Source: an uncultured Chloroflexia bacterium
GTDB taxonomy: Bacteria; Chloroflexota; Limnocylindria; Limnocylindrales; CSP1-4
Reading direction: 5' to 3'
Length of the DNA: 64,000 nucleotides
Assembly (NCBI GenBank): GCA_963768655.1
Contig: CAVYIM010000003.1
Location: 672,001 to 736,000, forward strand
In this document: positions 62,222 through 64,000 of the stretch, in pieces
How positions within the stretch are numbered: position 1 is the first letter of the stretch
Layout: the number at the start of each line of letters is the position of its first letter
Translations under genes and position numbers: made by a program
Notes under the pieces: model-generated
Told to the model about the DNA's origin: nothing
What the model saw: the letters and a program-made list of their open reading frames with translations, nothing else
Databases searched by the model: none

Positions 62222-63448
62222 TCAGTAGACGAGGCGGGAGTATGCGTCGATGAGTTTCTGGCCGGACGATTCCCACGAGTAGTCCAACTCACCCAGGCGG
62301 CTCGCGGCGGCGACAGTCAGCTCATTCAGCAGAGATCGATCGCCGGCAATGCGAGCCATTGTCCGAGCCAGGCCCTCGGCGCTTGGATCCTCCACGACCA
62401 GTCCGGCCGGGCCCAGGACTCTCCTTGTCTCGGCCAGGTCGAATATGAGCGCGGGACGGCCGATGGCAAGGTACTCAACGACCTTCGTCATCGTCGACAC
62501 GTTGTTGAACGGCGTGGGCGGGTCGGGGCACACGCAGACATGCGACGCGGCCAGCAAGGGCACGAACCGCTCCGCCTGCTGGTAGCCGTGGAAGACGAGT
62601 CGATCGGCGATGCCCAGCTCGGCGGCGAGCCGCACCAGTCGAGGCCGGGCTTCGCCGTCGCCGACGAGGTCGACGACAAACTGCAGGTCCGGTTGTATCT
62701 GGCGCAGGATCGCGGCGGCCTCGACGAGTATCTCGACTCCGTCCTGGGAACCCATCACGCCGAGGTATCCAAATCTGAAGGGCGAGTCGCTCTCGGGGCC
62801 GTGACCTTCAGCCATCGTGCGGAAGTGAGCGGTCCGTGGGGCGTTGTGGACGACGACGAGCCGATCCGGCGGAACCTTGCCGCGCTCGGCGGCTATTCGA
62901 GCATACGTTTCGTTGGGCACGATGACCAGATCGGCCGTGCGGAAAGAGGCTTCCTCGAGCTTCTCGGTGAGCCACCGGAGCGGCCGACCGATGCGCCGGT
63001 CTCCCCACTTGGCGGCGCTTAGTTCCGGGTTTGCGTCGTGTTGGTCGAAGACGTAGCGGGCACCAAGGGCCCGCCCGCCAAGACCGAACAGGAAGAACAG
63101 ATCCGGTGGGTTGCAGCCGTGCAGCGCGTCGATGCGGCGATGGCTGCGGAGCCACAGCAGCCACGCGGCCGTGAAGAGCATCGATGGGGCGTACTCGACG
63201 AGATAGCCTCCCAATCCGGAGGCGGCACGCTGCGGATAGCGGAGGATCCTTACTCGATCCCGTGTCTCCCGCGTCGCGGTCATGCCGTCGCGACCCTTCG
63301 GAGCGATCACAGTCACGTCGTAGCCCGCTTCCACCAGCGCCTGCGCCTCGAGCCAGACACGTCGATCGAGCGGAACCGGCAGGTTCTCGTCCAGGATCAC
63401 GATGTGTCGCTGGCGCGACCTGGTGCGGGCCGGCATTCTAGTCTCCAA
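62222..63448 (-). CDS. GT4 family glycosyltransferase
   Basis: ENLPVPLDRRVW, NPPD, DQHD, YLGVMGSQDG, TMTKVVEY. Confidence 0.9.
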   Translation of the reverse strand: METRMPARTRSRQRHIVILDENLPVPLDRRVWLEAQALVEAGYDVTVIAPKGRDGMTATRETRDRVRILRYPQRAASGLGGYLVEYAPSMLFTAAWLLWLRSHRRIDALHGCNPPDLFFLFGLGGRALGARYVFDQHDANPELSAAKWGDRRIGRPLRWLTEKLEEASFRTADLVIVPNETYARIAAERGKVPPDRLVVVHNAPRTAHFRTMAEGHGPESDSPFRFGYLGVMGSQDGVEILVEAAAILRQIQPDLQFVVDLVGDGEARPRLVRLAAELGIADRLVFHGYQQAERFVPLLAASHVCVCPDPPTPFNNVSTMTKVVEYLAIGRPALIFDLAETRRVLGPAGLVVEDPSAEGLARTMARIAGDRSLLNELTVAAASRLGELDYSWESSGQKLIDAYSRLVY

Positions 63449-63799
63449 GGGCTGGCGGCCGTCCGCGCTCGCGTACGTCCAGCGAGCGACGACCGCGGGA
63501 GCTGGTCGATGACCACCGGGGCTCGGACGAAGACCTCATGACTACGTGGACCCCGACCCGCCACCGGCTCCGGAGCTGACGAACTGGTCAGGACAGTATC
63601 GTCGGAGCCCAAGACCTCTGCAAACGCCGCGGCTCCAGGCCTCCGCGGCGCTGCCGGCCCGGATGGCTGGCGGATCGGAATCCTGAGGAGTGGCCCGGGC
63701 GGCGGCGTCATTGGGAGGTCTCTGCGGATGACGACGTCGCCCAGGTCCGACGTCCGTACCCTTGCCCGCGGTGGCCGCCGACATATCCGGCTGCCGGTG

Positions 63800-64000
63800 C
63801 TACTTCTTGGCAAGCACGAAGCGCCGGGCAACGAGATGTGGGACCGAGACGGATGGTCCGTCGAGCACATAGCCGTGCCGCTTCAGGGTCGCGAGGAAAG
63901 ATACGATGCTGGCATCTCCCGACGGATTACCGATGATCCACACCGCCGGCGGCCACGTCCGCTCTATCTGCGACTCGTTCATCCTGGCGGGTGCGTTCCC
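63800..64000 (-). CDS. 3' end of an unidentified CDS (5' end lies outside the window)
   Basis: Open frame runs from the window edge to the stop at 63800. Confidence 0.45.
   Translation of the reverse strand, partial: GNAPARMNESQIERTWPPAVWIIGNPSGDASIVSFLATLKRHGYVLDGPSVSVPHLVARRFVLAKK

Noticed and set aside
63449-63799. Small ORFs between the last GT4 and the terminal partial CDS
   Set aside because: Low-complexity translations with no motif or convincing RBS.

Overview
High-GC bacterial chromosomal window. The gene content (a short SWIM zinc-finger protein, Pro/Thr-rich lipoproteins, a c-di-GMP-II riboswitch, an LCP-linked glycan locus) suggests Chloroflexota, but this is inference. Four blocks are visible. 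(1) 1-11.7 kb is housekeeping: metK, manC/manB-type genes, AI-2E transporter, trpS, hom, thrC. (2) 11.8-24.6 kb is a patchwork accessory region: a riboswitch-led YWTD protein, decayed aldo/keto reductases, vapBC, a Kelch lipoprotein, three same-orientation tRNA-Pro 3'-end fragments that bracket single-module segments, thrH, an ECF sigma/anti-sigma pair and two acidic paralogues with a duplicated helical domain. (3) 25.6-38.1 kb is a tightly coupled lysC-birA-ECF sigma-putative anti-sigma-accD-accA-accB-like-accC-fabZ-metallophosphoesterase-fabF-accB-fabH-fabG operon. It carries a second BCCP-like protein in which the biotin-accepting EAMK motif is replaced by DVLG, resembling plant BADC regulators; this is the strongest candidate for an undescribed system. 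(4) 38.3-64 kb is a cell-surface polysaccharide locus: LCP, a WbdD-like methyltransferase-kinase, two O-antigen ligase/polymerase-like proteins, two flippases, gmd/fcl/rmd, glycosyltransferases, a frameshifted GT4 and an internally deleted second gmd. No integrase, CRISPR array, rRNA or intact tRNA was seen. All calls come from reading the sequence by eye; no searches were run.
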